From: Vicugna vicugna
Lineage: Eukaryota
Length of the DNA: 64,000 bases
Assembly: GCA_013265495.1 (NCBI GenBank)
Contig: MU057503.1
Coordinates: 310,001-374,000, forward strand
Direction of reading: 5' to 3'
Positions within the stretch are counted from its first letter, which is position 1. Every line of letters begins with the position of its first letter. The notes below the pieces were generated by a model. It ran no database searches, was not told the DNA's origin, and worked only from the letters and a program-made list of their open reading frames with translations. A program made the position numbers and the translations under genes. This document shows, piece by piece, positions 13,780 to 28,318 of this stretch.

Positions 13780-14465
13780 GATTGTAGTTTATTTAATGGT
13801 TCCTTTATGTTAGACGTTTTTCAGTATTTAGAATCTTTTTTTTTTAAGATAAATTTCTAGAAATGAAATTGTTAAAGGATATGAACATGTTCTTGGAATT
13901 TGTCACCATGCTGCTTTCTGAAAAAATAAAAGTTTATGCCTTTATCAACAATATGTGAGTGTATTTTTATAGCATTCATTATAGCATTCTTCAGATTATT
14001 AGTGTTAAAAATCTTTTTGGTAATTGAACAGGCAAATTACTTCTCATTTTAATTGACATTTCTTTTTAATGTTGAACATTTTTCTATGAATATATTAAAT
14101 TATTTCCTTTTTTCATTTTACTTTGAGTTTTTGTGTTTTCTTTATCAAATTGTTTGAGCTATTACATAGGAAAGATATTAACTTCCCATCATGTTTATAT
14201 CTAATTTTCTAGAAGTCATTTACCTTTTAATTTTTTGTCTAGATCCTTTTTATTTTTCCATATTCTAATATTTCTGATTTGATGCTCTCCACTTAGGAAG
14301 TCCTTCTCCTTCTATATAGTTGATAGTTATTTTTATTTTCTTCTAGTTTTTCTATGGTTTATCGTTTTCTTAATAACATATGGGGTGACATGAGGACCTA
14401 GTTCTTTTGCAAAATTATTAACCGATTGTATCAACATCATTTGTTGAATAATCCTTCCTTTACCT
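13780..14465 (-). mobile_element. Ancient L1 (L1ME-like) fragment
   Basis: T-rich antisense L1 ORF2-like text ending caacatcatttgttgaataatccttccttt. Confidence 0.55.
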
Positions 14466-15639
14466 GTAGTGCACTTTTAATATGAAAGTGCTCATACTTT
14501 TATTTGTCCTCATCTTGAATCATTTAAAACGTTTTCATACCTTTTGAATCACTACATTTTTTTTATGTGTTTAGGAATATCAGTCTTTCCCATAACTAGA
14601 TTTTAAGGGTTTTGAGGATAACAGTCATGTCTACATCACGTTTAATTTTTTTCCACAAGAATTATTATTTAATGACCATTAAAATTTATCATAATAAAAC
14701 TTTTATTAACCCCTATTAGTATGATTCATAGTGGGGTATCCTAGTTTAATTCTTTTTTTCCAGGATAAAAACTGCAGTTTTGCAGTGAAACTGCTCAGAG
14801 CAAGGAAACCCCTAGGATATGGGGACCTGCTGGACCTCTTTCAGGTGTGTGAAAGTGCATCATTTGATCTCACAGTTATAAAATTTGGAAGTAAAATATA
14901 TTTATCAAACACACAGTGTTACTCTATTAAAGGAGTTGTGCTTCGTGAGGAATTTAGGTTGAGTAAAATTTCTCTTTTCTTTCTCCCTGAAAGCTGTCTA
15001 TATATTGTCTTAGAAATTGAAATAGAGAGTTTTGATTAAAAAGAGTTGACTTTTTTCTTTTTTTTCCTGGAGTGATTTTTTTTTTTTTAGTGGTTAAAGC
15101 CAGATGTCTTTATATAGCTGCACAGCCTTTTCCTTCTAATATGGGTTTTAAACTCTAAACCCATAGGAAGATTTTTACTTAAAGCCACCCTTAAATAACA
15201 TGTAAATAAAATTACTGCTTATGAAGAGAGTGCAGTAATCTCTCAATTAGAAGAGCAGGATTAATTTTTGCTTCTTAGGACCAGTATCACATTTAAAAGA
15301 AGAGAAAAAATTGGTAACTGTTTTTAGTGATCTTTGTCTTCATTGTGGTCTAGTAGACATATTTTTGTTTTTTATATTATGCTTCAAAAAAAACAGAATA
15401 GATCAATAGATTTTATTTTTTTGTTGTTGTTCATCATCTCTTCTGGATAACACAGAAATTTCCTTTGACCATTATATTCGTATACAAACTGGGTGGAAAA
15501 AAAGTAGGAAGGATTCCTTTGAGTTACATTAAAATATAGTTAAAATTACTTTTGTTACTACCTTCAGTTTATCTGAACTTGATAGATCTGGATAACTGAC
15601 TGACATGTATACAACCTTTCACTATACGTTACCTTATTA

Positions 15640-16360
15640 TATTCACTCTAGGAGGCACAATTTTTTCACATGTTAATATTCCCCACATTGGTATGCATCT
15701 TACTGTTTGTTGATGGCATCTTAGAATCACTGTGGGCAAGGTAATGTTGTAGTTGTCTGTTTCAGTGCATGTGTGAACTTGTTCGTAGTTGTTCATATTG
15801 TCACATAAGTTGAGTTTTATGCATTGTTGATATCACATAAGTTTAATGGCTATTTGGAATGTCACCCTAGTTGTTGTGCAGGCAATTTCTGTTAACATCT
15901 TATGGTAAGTTCAAAAAAGCACCAGTATCAAAGTGTGCAGACTGGGCGTCTTTGGCTTTAAAGACTATCTCAGAGATGATAGTAAAGTACTCTCAAGCAA
16001 TGAGGCATCCCAAGCAAACAATCCAGTTAAAAAATGGGCAGAAGATCTGATATTTTTCCAAAGAAGACATACAGATGGCTAACAGGTGCATGAAAAGATG
16101 TTCAACATCATTAATCATTCAGAATATGCAAATCCAAACCACAAGGAGATATCACCTCACACCCGTTAGAAAGGCTGTTATCAAAAAGATAAGAAATAAC
16201 AATGAGCTTTTTGGCCCAGAGGATGAAATTGTGAGGAAAATTTCTAAGTGATAAGAAAGTACTGTATCATAGTTTAATTGGCATAATTGATTGGCACTGA
16301 TTTTCTTTCTGGTAATATTGTGGGTGTGTCTTAAATCATTGTCATCAGAGACTCTGTGGA
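15640..16360 (+). mobile_element. Tigger/pogo-like DNA transposon relic interrupted by an L1 fragment
   Basis: Residual pogo C-terminal-like coding on both sides of the L1 insert (gagatgatagtaaagtactct / aatgagctttttggcccagaggatgaaattgtg, resembling NALDGTEDDIV). Confidence 0.4.
16010..16200 (+). mobile_element. L1 ORF2 fragment
   Basis: aaacaatccagttaaaaaatgggcagaagatctga...gaagacatacagatggctaacagg...atcacctcacacccgttag. Confidence 0.85.
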
Positions 16361-18098
16361 AGTATGTTGTTTTTCCTTCTATGAAGGCAGGATCCCTATG
16401 CTACATTTATCTGTAGGCTTCAGGCAGATAACTGTGAAGTGTTTCATTGGTTCCTCTTAAACACTTTTAACTCTTTTAGTTTCCATTTGCATTAGATGCT
16501 GTTTACCTTCGAGAATGGCAGCATAATGTTGTGGGAGGAATAGTGAGCCAGGAATAAGAAGATATATTTCATATTTTTAGATTCTAGTTTTACCACCTAC
16601 TTACTGTGTCGCTTGGTCCAAATCACGCCCTATTCTCTATATGAACATTGTGATACTCAATGAGAAACGTATGTTAATGTCATAAAAATTATAAATACAA
16701 CTTGTTAGTATTGAAAACTTATTTGCCTGAGTAAGATTTAATAACTGGGAATGTTCAGCAGAGTTAGAATTAGCCTTGTACTTCAGTGATTCTGGCAGGA
16801 TTGAATATAGCAGGTTATTTACTGCTTCAGAATAGTGTTTTTTTGAGCTTTATTATTTTTTAATCATTCATGTAAATGTTTTGGGACATTGTTATGGAAA
16901 ATTTATGTCTCTGATTTTTAATCAAACCTTTATACACAAGAAAGCAAGGAAATAAGGGAGGTTTTTTGGAAGCACTATTCTTTGCCAGTCATATTTGCCA
17001 TCTCTTAGCTGCAGTAAATCAGTAATTCATGCTGGCATACTGAGGGACTTTTCAGAGTGTGCTGTAGGAAATAGTAGTCTTTATTTGCCATACTACAAAA
17101 GGAGATTAGGGAGAGGAAAGAAAGGGATGTAAGTGATAAATTTAATGTTAACACTAGTTTTACATTTTTAATGGTGATTCTGGATGACTTTCTCAACAGT
17201 TTCTTTTGAAAAACATGTTAAAACTCAGACTTGTATGTCTAATTATAAGTCGTAACCTGAAAAATAATTAATGGCTGTAGTACATTTGAAAATGAATACC
17301 GAGCACAAAAGTTTGATATTCTCTTGCCTTGGAATTTTATGTTATTCATTCAAATTGGAATGACAAACCTGTCTTACTCATCTTTATGTAGCCATTCAGT
17401 AAGTGTGTATTGATTTAATTTCATTTTATAAATTTAATTATGTATAATTCAGTTTGTGCATTTTCTAACCTTTTACATTTTTGTTGCCACTAAAACTTCT
17501 GACAGAACTGGCTTAGTAGGACTTAAATTAAGATTTGGAATTACAGCATGTGCATCCAATTAATTTAAAGTAATGCTTCAGTAATAAGAGGAATAATGTT
17601 ACTGTTTTTAATGAGTTTACTTCTTGAAGAAGAAATGCCAGTAAATTCAAGACATATAATAAAATTCTAGGGAGTTTCTGAATATTCATTCAGAAATGTG
17701 GTGAGGGTGATGTTTATACTATTTTCAGTTACTTTTCTGCTCCAGAATATGAATTCTTATTCTGGTTTTCCCTTCTGCACTTTCGAAGAAATAGTCTTTC
17801 TCTGAGGCAGGATAGAACTGAGAAGTTGTCCTTAAAGAGTTTATAGCGGAAGATGGAGGAGAACCAAGGGACCCAGTGTCAAGAGAAAGGCAGGGCAAGC
17901 TGTAGAGGGGAGGAGTTTAGATACAGAGTCTAGTATTTATCCAAAGTTTTTTAACTCTTACTGCTTGATTTTTTAAATTTTGGTGTTTATTTCATATTAC
18001 ATGGTTTTTATTAAGATTATCATTAGTGGTTGTAATTATATAAAATGTATTCTTATTTATGAATCATATTTAACATTTTATATGTGTTCTAAATAAAG

Positions 18099-18226
18099 CA
18101 TTGAAAGAGAACAGCTCAGAGGTTGTTCAGCCTTTTCTAATGGGTTGTGGAACCAAGGAACCGAAGATCACTCAGCTATGTTTGGCCGCCATTCAGAGAC
18201 TCATGTCCCATGAAGTTGTATCTGAG
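18099..18226 (+). CDS. MON2: MON2 exon 3 (128 nt): [43 protein letters not shown]
   Basis: aaataaag|CATTG...TCTGAG|gtaatg; frame continues exon 2. Confidence 0.94.
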
Positions 18227-19249
18227 GTAATGTAAAGATTTTATCTGAACTGTGCACCTGTGAATCAAATCAGGCATTTTCATAAGGGCAGAATAAAACA
18301 TACCTGATTATTAATGTAAAACAGTGCTTGAAGGGCATGGCTTAATTTTAAAAGATTATCAAATTGTCTCATTAAATCTCATAAATAATGAATAAAGATG
18401 AAGTACATTTTGTCAAGTCATTTGTAATCTAGCAAGTCATAGTTCGGTAGTATAGAGGATAATTTTGAGAACCAAGCAAAGTTTCAGTATCATTGAAGTA
18501 GAATATTATTCATAAATTATCTTTTAAAAGATAAGAGAGAAAAATTATGACTGCTTGCTAGATTATGTGAAGTGATAATTTGTTGTTCATTAACTTAAGT
18601 GTGTTGTTTGTATCTAACCTTTTGATGGCAAAACAAGGAAAAACATGTCATCACTAGAAGTCTGCATCCTGCTTGCAAATATAATGATGTTAACTTTGTG
18701 CTTCATGTGGTACTTTAATAGAAGTGGTAAAGTCCTTTGCCTTTGGTATAGCATTCTAAACAATGTCAGATTTAATTGAATTTATAAATGTTAATTTGAG
18801 TTGTGTTTTGTTTTTCTATAACATATTATGAATAGAATAATGTATAAGAAACAGCAGACTCAGTTAATTTGTGTATGTATGTATTCTGAAATGTCCAAAT
18901 TAACTATACCCATATTATAGAAATGAGCTTTGATTTTGGCTAGGTATTTCAGAACTATATGCTGCTATTTGCATATATTCAAATGGTATATTTTAAATTT
19001 TAAAGAAAAATTTTTGAGAAAAAAAGTAATTGGTTGTAATTCTCAAATTAGTTGAGAGATGTATATTTGGAAACATGGGTTTTTGTTATTGTGATCAAGA
19101 AGTTCTTTCCAGGTGAGATAATATTTGTACACCTTTTCATATTTAGGAACCCAAACAGCTATATTTTATTTGTTGAGAATAATTAAAATAATTATTTTAA
19201 ATAATTATTTTATTAAATATTATAAATTATTAAAATAATTGTTTTACAG

Positions 19250-19381
19250 ACTGCAGCTGGAAATATAATTAACATGCTTTGGCAGCTAATGGAAAATAGT
19301 CTTGAAGAACTTAAGCTACTTCAAACAGTTCTTGTTCTTTTAACAACCAATACGGTGGTTCATGATGAGGCACTCTCTAAG
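19250..19381 (+). CDS. MON2: MON2 exon 4 (132 nt): [13 protein letters not shown]...HDEALSK
   Basis: ttttacag|ACTGCA...TCTAAG|gtagga. Confidence 0.95.
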
Positions 19382-20649
19382 GTAGGAAGCCTGTTTGTCA
19401 AAGTTCAAAGTGCTTTGAGATAGTGTTTGAATGACTTGACTGAAAGAGAAAAGCCTGGTGCTTTTTGAACCAAAAGCAACTTTACTGTAGCTATTGTGAT
19501 AATACACATTGCGGTTTAGAAGCCATTGGTGCCTTATTTCCCCCAGATTAGAGTTGAAATCAGGTTGGGGCAATTAAGCAGAGCCCCTTGGGTATAGCTG
19601 ACAGGCTTAGTTATGAATAGGATATGGAAAAAGAAAAACAGAAGAATAGGAGTAGAGGAAGAGGAAAAGAAAAAAATGTGTTTTGAAGTATCAGTGCTCT
19701 CCACAGTTGCCTTGGGTATTCCCCGTGGTAGCTCTCCCTTTCCCCCCTTTTAAGAATAATTTCACATGTATGTGTTACGTAGCCAGGCAGTTTAAATTTG
19801 TCTCTAAAGGAGCTGGAAAAATGACCTTTTGGCATGTATACTGGATAAGGCTGCATGTTAGCTATTTCTCATTCCTTTCTCATTCCAACCCTCTTTGGAA
19901 CACTGTCAGCTGTTCTATTATTTATTTCACTCTTTAAAAAAATTTTTTTAAATTATGAAATATTTCTAAAGCAGAAAGTACAGAGAGTAATATAAAGAAC
20001 AATCTTTAATTAATGGTTTCTTTTTTAGGGAAATTTTTGAACTTCCAATAATAATTCTGTTATAGTTTGTAAGCCTTTAAGGATGGATGGCTTACAAGGT
20101 AGAAAAGTATGCTGTCACATTGAGCTATGTAGACTGTCTCTAGAGAGTGTATCTATCTTTTCTAGTTACTCGATTGATGTTCTTAGGACATGCTGAGATG
20201 GTACTTAGTTGCAAATAGCTTATTCTTTTAAGCTCATACCTGGTTTATAAAATATTTAATGTGTTTTTATATATACTTTTGTTGATGTAGTTCCTCTTGG
20301 TTTCTAGCTGTCAAATTATTGTTCTGCTACATTTATTTAAAATTTCATTAAAAATTATCGTTTGACCTACCCGAGTGATAAGAACTGATTATAGTTTTAT
20401 AAATAAATATAGGATTTATTTTAGTATTTTGGTTAATTTGGAAATGTAATATTGGGAAAGAAAAATGAAGTATAAAGAAATAATATAAAATTGAGTAATA
20501 GGAAGGGTTCTTCATAACGTGTACCTTCGTTATACTGAAATTTAAAAAAGTGATAGTGGTATCAAAGGCTTATTTTCTCGTAACTGTTTAATATAATTAA
20601 TATGATGAGACATACCAAATTATGTTTTTCTCCAAGAATGACTTCTTTT

Positions 20650-21215
20650 AAAACTATAAAAGTTTTAGAAGAACACAAAGGAGAAAATCTCTTTGACCTA
20701 GAGGTAGGCAGAGATTTCTTAGGGCACAAAATCCATGAACTGCTAAAGAAACCATGAAATAGGGGGAAATATTTACAAAGACCTGAAAAAGAACTTTTAT
20801 CTAGAATTTATTAAAAACACATAACTCATTCATAAGACAACCCATTACAAATGGACAAATGATTTCAACAGACACTTCACAAAATAAGATAGTCAGATGA
20901 CTAATGAATACATAAAACGTGCCTCAGAATCATTAGTTATCAGGGCAAAGCAAATTAAAACCACAAGGAGATATCATCACACACCCATTAGAATAGTTAA
21001 AATTGAAGAAGACTGACCATATCAAGTGTTGTTGAGGATAGGGTATAATTTGAACTCACACATACTCCTGGCATGAGTATAAAATTGTAAAGCAACTTTG
21101 GAAAACTAATAGTTTTTTTTAAAGTTTAACCTATACTTACGGTGTGATCCATCCGTTTTGCTTCTAGGTGTTGATTTACCAAAGGTAATTGAAAATACAT
21201 GTCTCGACAGAGACT
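20650..21215 (+). mobile_element. Old L1 ORF2 3' fragment
   Basis: aaactataaaagttttagaagaa...; aacagacacttcacaaaa; aaaccacaaggagatatcatcacacacccattagaat. Confidence 0.8.
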
Positions 21216-21529
21216 TGCCATTTGCAGAGCAAGTCATTCTGCAGAAATAAAAACACAACACATTATTATATACATGTTAAAGAACCAAATTATGAAAGGT
21301 GTATTCCACATTACCTTAGCTAATCTTATGAGTTTGTGTATTTACTGAGAGTTTGAATTATATCAAGATCCAAGGATTTTTGTAGTATTATTGTATAAAA
21401 GGGTGGGACTTCTGGTGTAAGTGATTGAAACAGCCAAGCATGAATTATGTAATTTTGGATTATGTCAGATAAAGATACTAGCCATGTTCTTCATGGCCTT
21501 ATTTCACACTGAATGAAATTTTTTTTTAG

Positions 21530-21659
21530 GCAATTGTTCTTTGTTTTCGACTACACTTTACAAAAGATAATATTACAAATAATACAGCTGCTGCTACAGT
21601 GCGACAAGTTGTCACTGTTGTTTTTGAGAGGATGGTTGCTGAAGATGAACGACACAGAG
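21530..21659 (+). CDS. MON2: MON2 exon 5 (130 nt): [13 protein letters not shown]...AEDERHR
   Basis: tttttag|GCAATT...CACAGAG|gtaaag. Confidence 0.95.
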
Positions 21660-22928
21660 GTAAAGAGATTAAAAGTTGTTTCCTTTTGACAATGGGTGGT
21701 TCTAACATCCAGGCTTTCTCTTTTATTGATTTTCATCCTCTCCCCTGTGAACTTAGACTACCTAACATTTAGAATACTTTAAAATATGTATTTATTTGAA
21801 CATCATTATTATTATGGCAATTCAAAAAATAAGTCACCCACAATTTTATTACCCTAAGAAGTGGGTTCTATTTTCCATGTTTATTTCTAATATGTGCATA
21901 TTTGCATGCTGAAGATAATTTCACATTTATGTCAGACATTGCATTATAACTATTTTTAGCCAAACATTACATTATGTGAGTTTTTTGCATTATTTTTTAT
22001 TTTTGTTATTTAAATTTTAATGGTTTTATTTTGCAGCTATTCTATAATTTAATGAGCTCCTTGTGTTTGATATTTTAGTATTGTTTTGAGTGTCTTCCTA
22101 CATAGGTATTTCCATTTGAATTATTTTTTTAGGGTAAATTCCCAAGAGTGAGCTCACTTTTTCTGCATGTTTCCTAGAGGAATTGCAGGTGGAATTCTAG
22201 CAGATTGAAATATTAAGGAATTAAACTTATGGGATAAAATAGGACAGTTCTCCGGTTTGAATGTCTTACATACATATTCATAATCTAAATATAATTTCCG
22301 GATTGGTAGCTTTATCTGTGTGTCTCTAAAGACTAATACCTCATTTAATACTTTCCAAAAAGGTAGAAAATACTTAGAATCTCTTTCTTTTCAAGTGATC
22401 AAGTCAACATTTATTCAAAACAAGCTGTTGTAACTTACAGAGAATGATGTCTTATTAGTATTCAGAGAAACTGGGAAGATCCATTCTAGTTGACTCTTGG
22501 CCAGTCAGTACCTATAACTGAGATAGTAATTGTAGCAGATCAAGAGTTAATTCTCTTAAAGTTTGTGAGATAATAGAAGAATTAACCATATGGTAAATTT
22601 TATACGTTTGATATTTAAAGGCAGATTTCAAAACCATGAAATAAAGGGGCCAAAGAAGGGGTTACTGGGAAGATCAAATGTATGGATAAAGATACAGAGC
22701 TTATTAAAATGAATGTAAGATGGGGAAGAGTGATTTTTATGGCTTTTTTTTTATAAAAATGGGATGCCCAGTTTTTCTTTTCCATTTTGGAGACATGGTC
22801 CTGAACTTATACTTAAGTTTGTACTTCTATAAATAAGTTTTTATTTTAAATGTACCTTTTAAATAGTATATAAAGTTTAAGTTAAAGGTCGTTATGAACT
22901 CCTAAAACTTCTCTTATTCTGACTGCAG

Positions 22929-23026
22929 ATATTATAGAACAACCAGTACTAGTCCAAGGAAATAGTAACAGAAGATCTGTCAGTGCCCTCAAACCTTGTG
23001 CTAAAGATGCATACATGCTTTTCCAG
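22929..23026 (+). CDS. MON2: MON2 exon 6 (98 nt): [12 protein letters not shown]...KDAYMLFQ
   Basis: ctgcag|ATATT...TTCCAG|gtattt. Confidence 0.95.
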
Positions 23027-23162
23027 GTATTTCAGTTGATAAAAATTTTTATTATAGAACATAGTTTTGTGTGAATTTTTGATGTTGGAATTTTGCCTCT
23101 GATCTGGTTTTTTTTAAGTGTCACTTTTTAAGTTGTCCAATTTTAAAGTATAAAAAGTAGTT

Positions 23163-23583
23163 CAGGTTTCCCCCGCTATCTGAAAGTAGAGCATTTCTGT
23201 GCAAGCTTTCATAACCCAGAATGGCCTAAAGCGAAGAAGCAGTACCTTAGGACATAATGACCTAACAAAGACACAGAGTAAATGGAGGGAAGCACAGACG
23301 CTCACCGACTCGGTTCAGAGCGGTGGCGGCTTCGTGCTGAGAAGCTGAGTGTGGTTCCCGGGGAAGAGCCTGGCAGTGCTGCCCCTACTGCCCAGAGTGA
23401 GCGCTGCCTCCGTAGCTGGCTCGCTGCAAAACAAATGCTGTACGCTGTTTTCATTTTTGCCTTTTTTTTGTAAAAGTGAAAATCCCCTTCAGATTTCTTT
23501 CAGTTAGAGAAAATGGGTGCTAGTGTAGGTCTTTTGTAAAAGCTAAGTGGTAAAGCAAATTTTAGAAAAGCCCATGATACCTG
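23163..23583. mobile_element. Tigger-type (TcMar) non-autonomous DNA transposon
   Basis: Imperfect terminal inverted repeats CAGGTTTCCCCCGCT... / ...GATACCTG followed by TA; CpG/GC-richer than flanks. Confidence 0.7.
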
Positions 23584-24137
23584 TATTTTAAAAAATTCTA
23601 AAACATTAAAAAGCATATATAGCTTATTAACATAATAAAATGTTATGTTGTACTTTAAGGAAATAAAATGAATTAAACCTTGAACTAGATATATTAGGGA
23701 TGGCTAATCATATAAAATAAGTACTTTAATAGGAAGATTAAAGTACTGAATCTCTGGTCTACCTAATGTAATTTGATATACAAGTACCTGATTTTTACAC
23801 TGTTTTGCATAAATAAATCTCTTAAGTAAAGTAAGAGTCACCTGTACTGGAAATATTGATTTTGATTGAAGGGTTATTCTAAGTGGTTTTTCATTAAAAG
23901 AATGTTAGATTTACCATTTATCTGTGCACTCTATATATTAAGTTTATTTATATAATCAAGTGTACATTTAGTCAAAATTTGAATTCCCAGTAATTAGTTT
24001 CTAAAGAGTAAAACCTACTATATAACAAGAAATACTTTAAAGAAGTTTTATGAACTATGAATTTTGAAAAGCACATTCCATTCCAGCATGTGAAATGTTT
24101 TCTTTGTTTTTGTTTATTGTTTGACTTATTTTCCCAG

Positions 24138-24263
24138 GACCTGTGCCAGTTGGTTAATGCTGATGCCCCTTATTGGCTAGTAGGCATGACAGAAATGACT
24201 CGAACGTTTGGCCTCGAATTACTTGAGTCAGTCCTGAATGATTTTCCACAAGTCTTTTTACAA
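24138..24263 (+). CDS. MON2: MON2 exon 7 (126 nt): [14 protein letters not shown]...FPQVFLQ
   Basis: ttcccag|GACCTG...TTACAA|gtaagc; inside ORF 24057..24278. Confidence 0.96.
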
Positions 24264-25319
24264 GTAAGCTGTTTGTAGTATCTTGCAACAAAATTAATCT
24301 TTAATTTTTTTCACAGGTATTTTTCAGGAGAGCAACATGTATTTTTCTCTCACATTAAAAGATGCAAAAAATTATACCTCAATAAGGTATAATTATTACC
24401 TTTAAACATATAGTAATTTAATATTATCTTACATTTTAGTAATGCCCAAGCATCTTGAAATTCTGACATTAGAAGTGATCCCTGGGATCTTTCTAGTCAA
24501 ACATTTCCCAGTCAGGGGGTGTATGAAGGAATGGGATATGCAAACTCTTTTTGTAATATTTAAAATCCTAAAAAATTGTTACTGATTTTTACTTGGTTAT
24601 ATGTTGCTGTGTGCTTTTGCATAATTTAAATGGAAAAAAGTTGTCAGTGCTTAATAAATTCCATGAATGATACAGAATATTTCAAAACAGAAGGTTAATA
24701 GGGGAAAAAGTAAGAAAGAATTCAGAATTTTTATCTGTTTGTAAGAAGCTGAAGTTCAGAAATAGTTCAGTGATTTACATAGGGTTCCTTAGTTATTAGC
24801 AGTTCTTGAACTAAAATTTAGATCTTCTAACTACTCCTCTAGCTCTTTTCCCTACCATGCGGCCCCCCCTTAGTCGTCTAACTTGTCCTTTGCTCCTACC
24901 TACAAGGTGTGTGAATCAGGTACCACTAAAGTAGAAGATCCTTTAGCTCAGGAGTTGGGATTGAAATTTTATTACAGGGTTCGTAATTTTTGGTCTGTGT
25001 CAGACAGCTGTTAAATGCTTTTGGTGATAATGAGCCATAGTAACTGATGACTCCATTTCTTGTATTAATATAGGGTAAGTTTAGCTATAACTTGTCTAGC
25101 AGTCTTGTATAAAATGCTAGTCTCAACAGCTGCCACTTTTGACTGCCTGTGCCGTACGACGACTTTGCTGAGTTCCTTATGTACCTTTAGTCTTCACAGT
25201 GCCTGAGAAGTACCAATTATTCCTGCTTTACACAGGAGGAAGCTAAGACTTTCAGAGGGTTAAATAAGTTGTCTAAGGTTTCATAGTTTGTAAGTGCCGT
25301 CATCCGTTAGTCACACTGT

Positions 25320-25692
25320 CATTCTTGTTGTTCCTAAATGACCCAGGTGGACTCCTGCTTCGGGGGCCTGGAATGCTTTTTTCCCGTGTGGCTTGTTCTC
25401 TTCCTCTTTTTGAGGTCTTTACTCCATGGTCAACTTATCAGACAAACTTTCCCCAACCACCGTGTGTAAAATGGCTACTTTTCTTCATGCCAGCGCCCTT
25501 TCTTACCCCTTGTTATTTTTCTTTATAGCACTTGTTACCGCCTGACATAGGTATTTGTGAAGTAGTTTATCTTCTCTCTTTCCCTACGGGAAACTCTGTG
25601 AGGCAGGGACTTAGTTCCCTGTTGTCTGGGTGCCATTTATTTCTAGTGCCTGGCATACGGCAGGTGTTTGACAAACACTTGAATGAATGAAC
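25320..25692 (+). mobile_element. L2 3' end
   Basis: Ends agtgcctggcatacggcaggtgtttgacaaacacttgaatgaatgaa, the L2 3' terminus pattern; MIR-like piece just upstream (25130-25300). Confidence 0.7.
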
Positions 25693-25909
25693 TGGTAAAT
25701 GATTTTGAATTATTAATCTCCATAGTTTAGATTATATTTTCTAATTTTGTCAGGAAAGATGTGAAAAAAATGTTTCCAGATTTATAGTGCCTGCAATAAA
25801 TCTATTTTATTCTTCCTGCTGCAGTTCAGAGGAGGAAAAAAGAAATATTCAGTGTAAGATCCTAAAATTTACTCCTGAAAGTTTTCTTCAAGAGATAAAT
25901 TTTTATTTT

Positions 25910-27070
25910 CTTTCATTCATTCATTATTAATTCATCCAAACAAAATTTACAGGTCCCTTACAATGTGCTGGTCTATATATTCAGCGCCAAGGATACAGAA
26001 TTTAAATAAGACACATAAAATTCCTGCCCTTATGACACTTACCAGTCTAACTGGAAGAAAAAACATTACCTGAACAATAAAATGTGAAGAGTGCTGTGAG
26101 GAAAAAGTGTAAAAAAGTGCTATGGAAATGAGTAACACAGGTACCAAACCTGGTGGAGAACTAGTGACGAATGAAGGCTATGAAGCTTTTACCTGAGAGA
26201 TAAAGAGGAGTTAGTTGGGAGAAATAGGTAGAATAGGGAAAGAATACTCCACAGCAGTGACCCTAAGAAAGAATCTGCCTTTTCTTTTAAAAAGAAAATA
26301 AGCTGTCTAAGGGCAGAGGCAGAACTGAGCATGACCCTGACTTCCTTCCCCTGGCGCAGTGCCTGGTGTGTATTCACCAGCCAGCAGCCAGATGGTAAGT
26401 ATTGCGAGGACAAAGGCAGCCTTTCACCTTCTTCAAAATAAAGTCAGTGATATATAGAGCTAATTATACTTTATTAATCAAGGTTGACTTCTAGCTTTCT
26501 GGTTTGAGCAGTGAGTTACTTGCTGCTAATACTCTGTGGGCAGAACTTTTGCTAGAAAGGGTAGTGTATTCTGTTTTTAACTTACTCATTTTGAGGTACC
26601 TGAGTGTACACAAAATGGTAGTTGAATTTATGCATCTTGAGCACAGAAGTAGGGTTGTGCGCTAAAGTTACAAATCTAAACTTCGCTGTAGTTGCTAACT
26701 GAAGATATGGGAGTGAATGAGATCAGCTCTGATGATAGCATGCGGTGAGCAGGATGTGAGGGCCTGGTTTTCTGGAGCTCTGAGAAACCTCATCGTTAAA
26801 TGGTTAAATGGTTAAATGGTACAGCCTGATATAAGACAAAAGCAGGAAAGCTTCAAGATCAGCCAAGTAATCATTTATGTCAGGCACTTCAAAGAAATTT
26901 GATAAGATTGAAAATGCAGTGTTGGCTTTGGCTACAGAGATCATGTTGAGAACAGTTCCAGTAGACATGAAGTAGTTGGTGGTGGTTGTGGAGGAAAGCC
27001 AGTTGTAATTAGGTGAGTAGTGAGGGGGAAAACTGAATAGATAAAACTTTTAAGACTTGTCTGTAATATT
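25910..27070 (-). mobile_element. L2 fragment(s), antisense
   Basis: Starts ttcattcattcatt...caatgtgctgg...cctgcccttatga. Confidence 0.55.
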
Positions 27071-28318
27071 TATAAATTAGCCAATACCTAAGGTTATTTA
27101 GTAAAGCATGAAAATGGATTTAACTATGCTTTTCACTTTGTCAGTCAGTGAAACTGCTGTAGATGTGAGAGTAGAATTTCAAATCACATAGCTCTTAAAA
27201 AAATCCCATTTTTTGGTGGGGGGAAGAATTAAAAGTACATAAAATGGATATAAAAAGCTAGAAGTATACATATTTGGAGTCAACAATGACTCACTAATTT
27301 ATCTCCAGGAGTTGAGATTAGGCAAAGCTTTCATTTTTATCTTTTCACTTATCTGTGTTTTCTTTCTTTTCTCCTCTAGTAAAGCTACTTTTTTTTCTTG
27401 AGTGACTGACTTCTTAAAGATACATTTGATGCATTTTGTGATTCTGAACAAATAAACTGCTCTGTGTCTTTTCCTTTTCTGAGAGATTAAAGTATTAGAT
27501 TGGTTGATTTTTGTGATTGTTTCTTTGTTCTCAGCCTCAATAAAATTGGGATGGTTAAACAACAGAATAATATATATTTGAGGTTAGACATTAAATGTAG
27601 ACTAGACCTTGTATTGTCAGTAAAATGGGACTACTTTTGGCTAATATAGGCAGGGAATTAACAGGTCAGGAGAGGGTTTCTGCATATTATGCCACGACTG
27701 TAAGTAAAACTTAAGAATTCTTTGCAAGATTCCCAGACATTAAAATAATTATGCGTGTTTGTCATTGTGTTTTTATCAGCTCATTGTGTTCTGTTCAAGC
27801 AATCTAAGTAGAACAAAATATTAAGTTGGTTAATAAATCTTCTATGCATGAATAGAATTATTATCTTTGCTAAATAAAATCCATGAATTATATAATTTAT
27901 TATTCTTTATTAATCAAGGGTTTTCTCCTCAGCTGCCTATTTAAATGCTTTATCTATTTGAATTTGTATAATCTGTTTTCTTTCTTCTGTTCTTAATGTT
28001 TTTAATTGCTAGTGTCCTACTAAAATTAACATTGTTAGTAATAAATATTTTAATTCCCAAATTATTATATGTTCCTTTTAATTTAGATCCTTTTTAAAAC
28101 TTGAAATATTGGTTATCATTTGATTTTACATTCTCAAAGAGCAATACTAATTTCAGAATCGTGTGCAAACTGTAAAATAATAAACTGTATAAACTTACAA
28201 TAAGGCTACATTATTCGTACTATTAAAGAGTATTATTTACCAATGAGACTGTTTTGTAAGCATTTAGTACAAAGTTAATTCTTTTTTTCTTTCTTTTTTT
28301 TTCAATCTTTGCAAATAG

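Noticed and set aside
26795..26820. (GTTAAATG)x3 tandem repeat
   Set aside because: Ordinary slippage repeat inside an L2 relic; no spacers, so not CRISPR-like.
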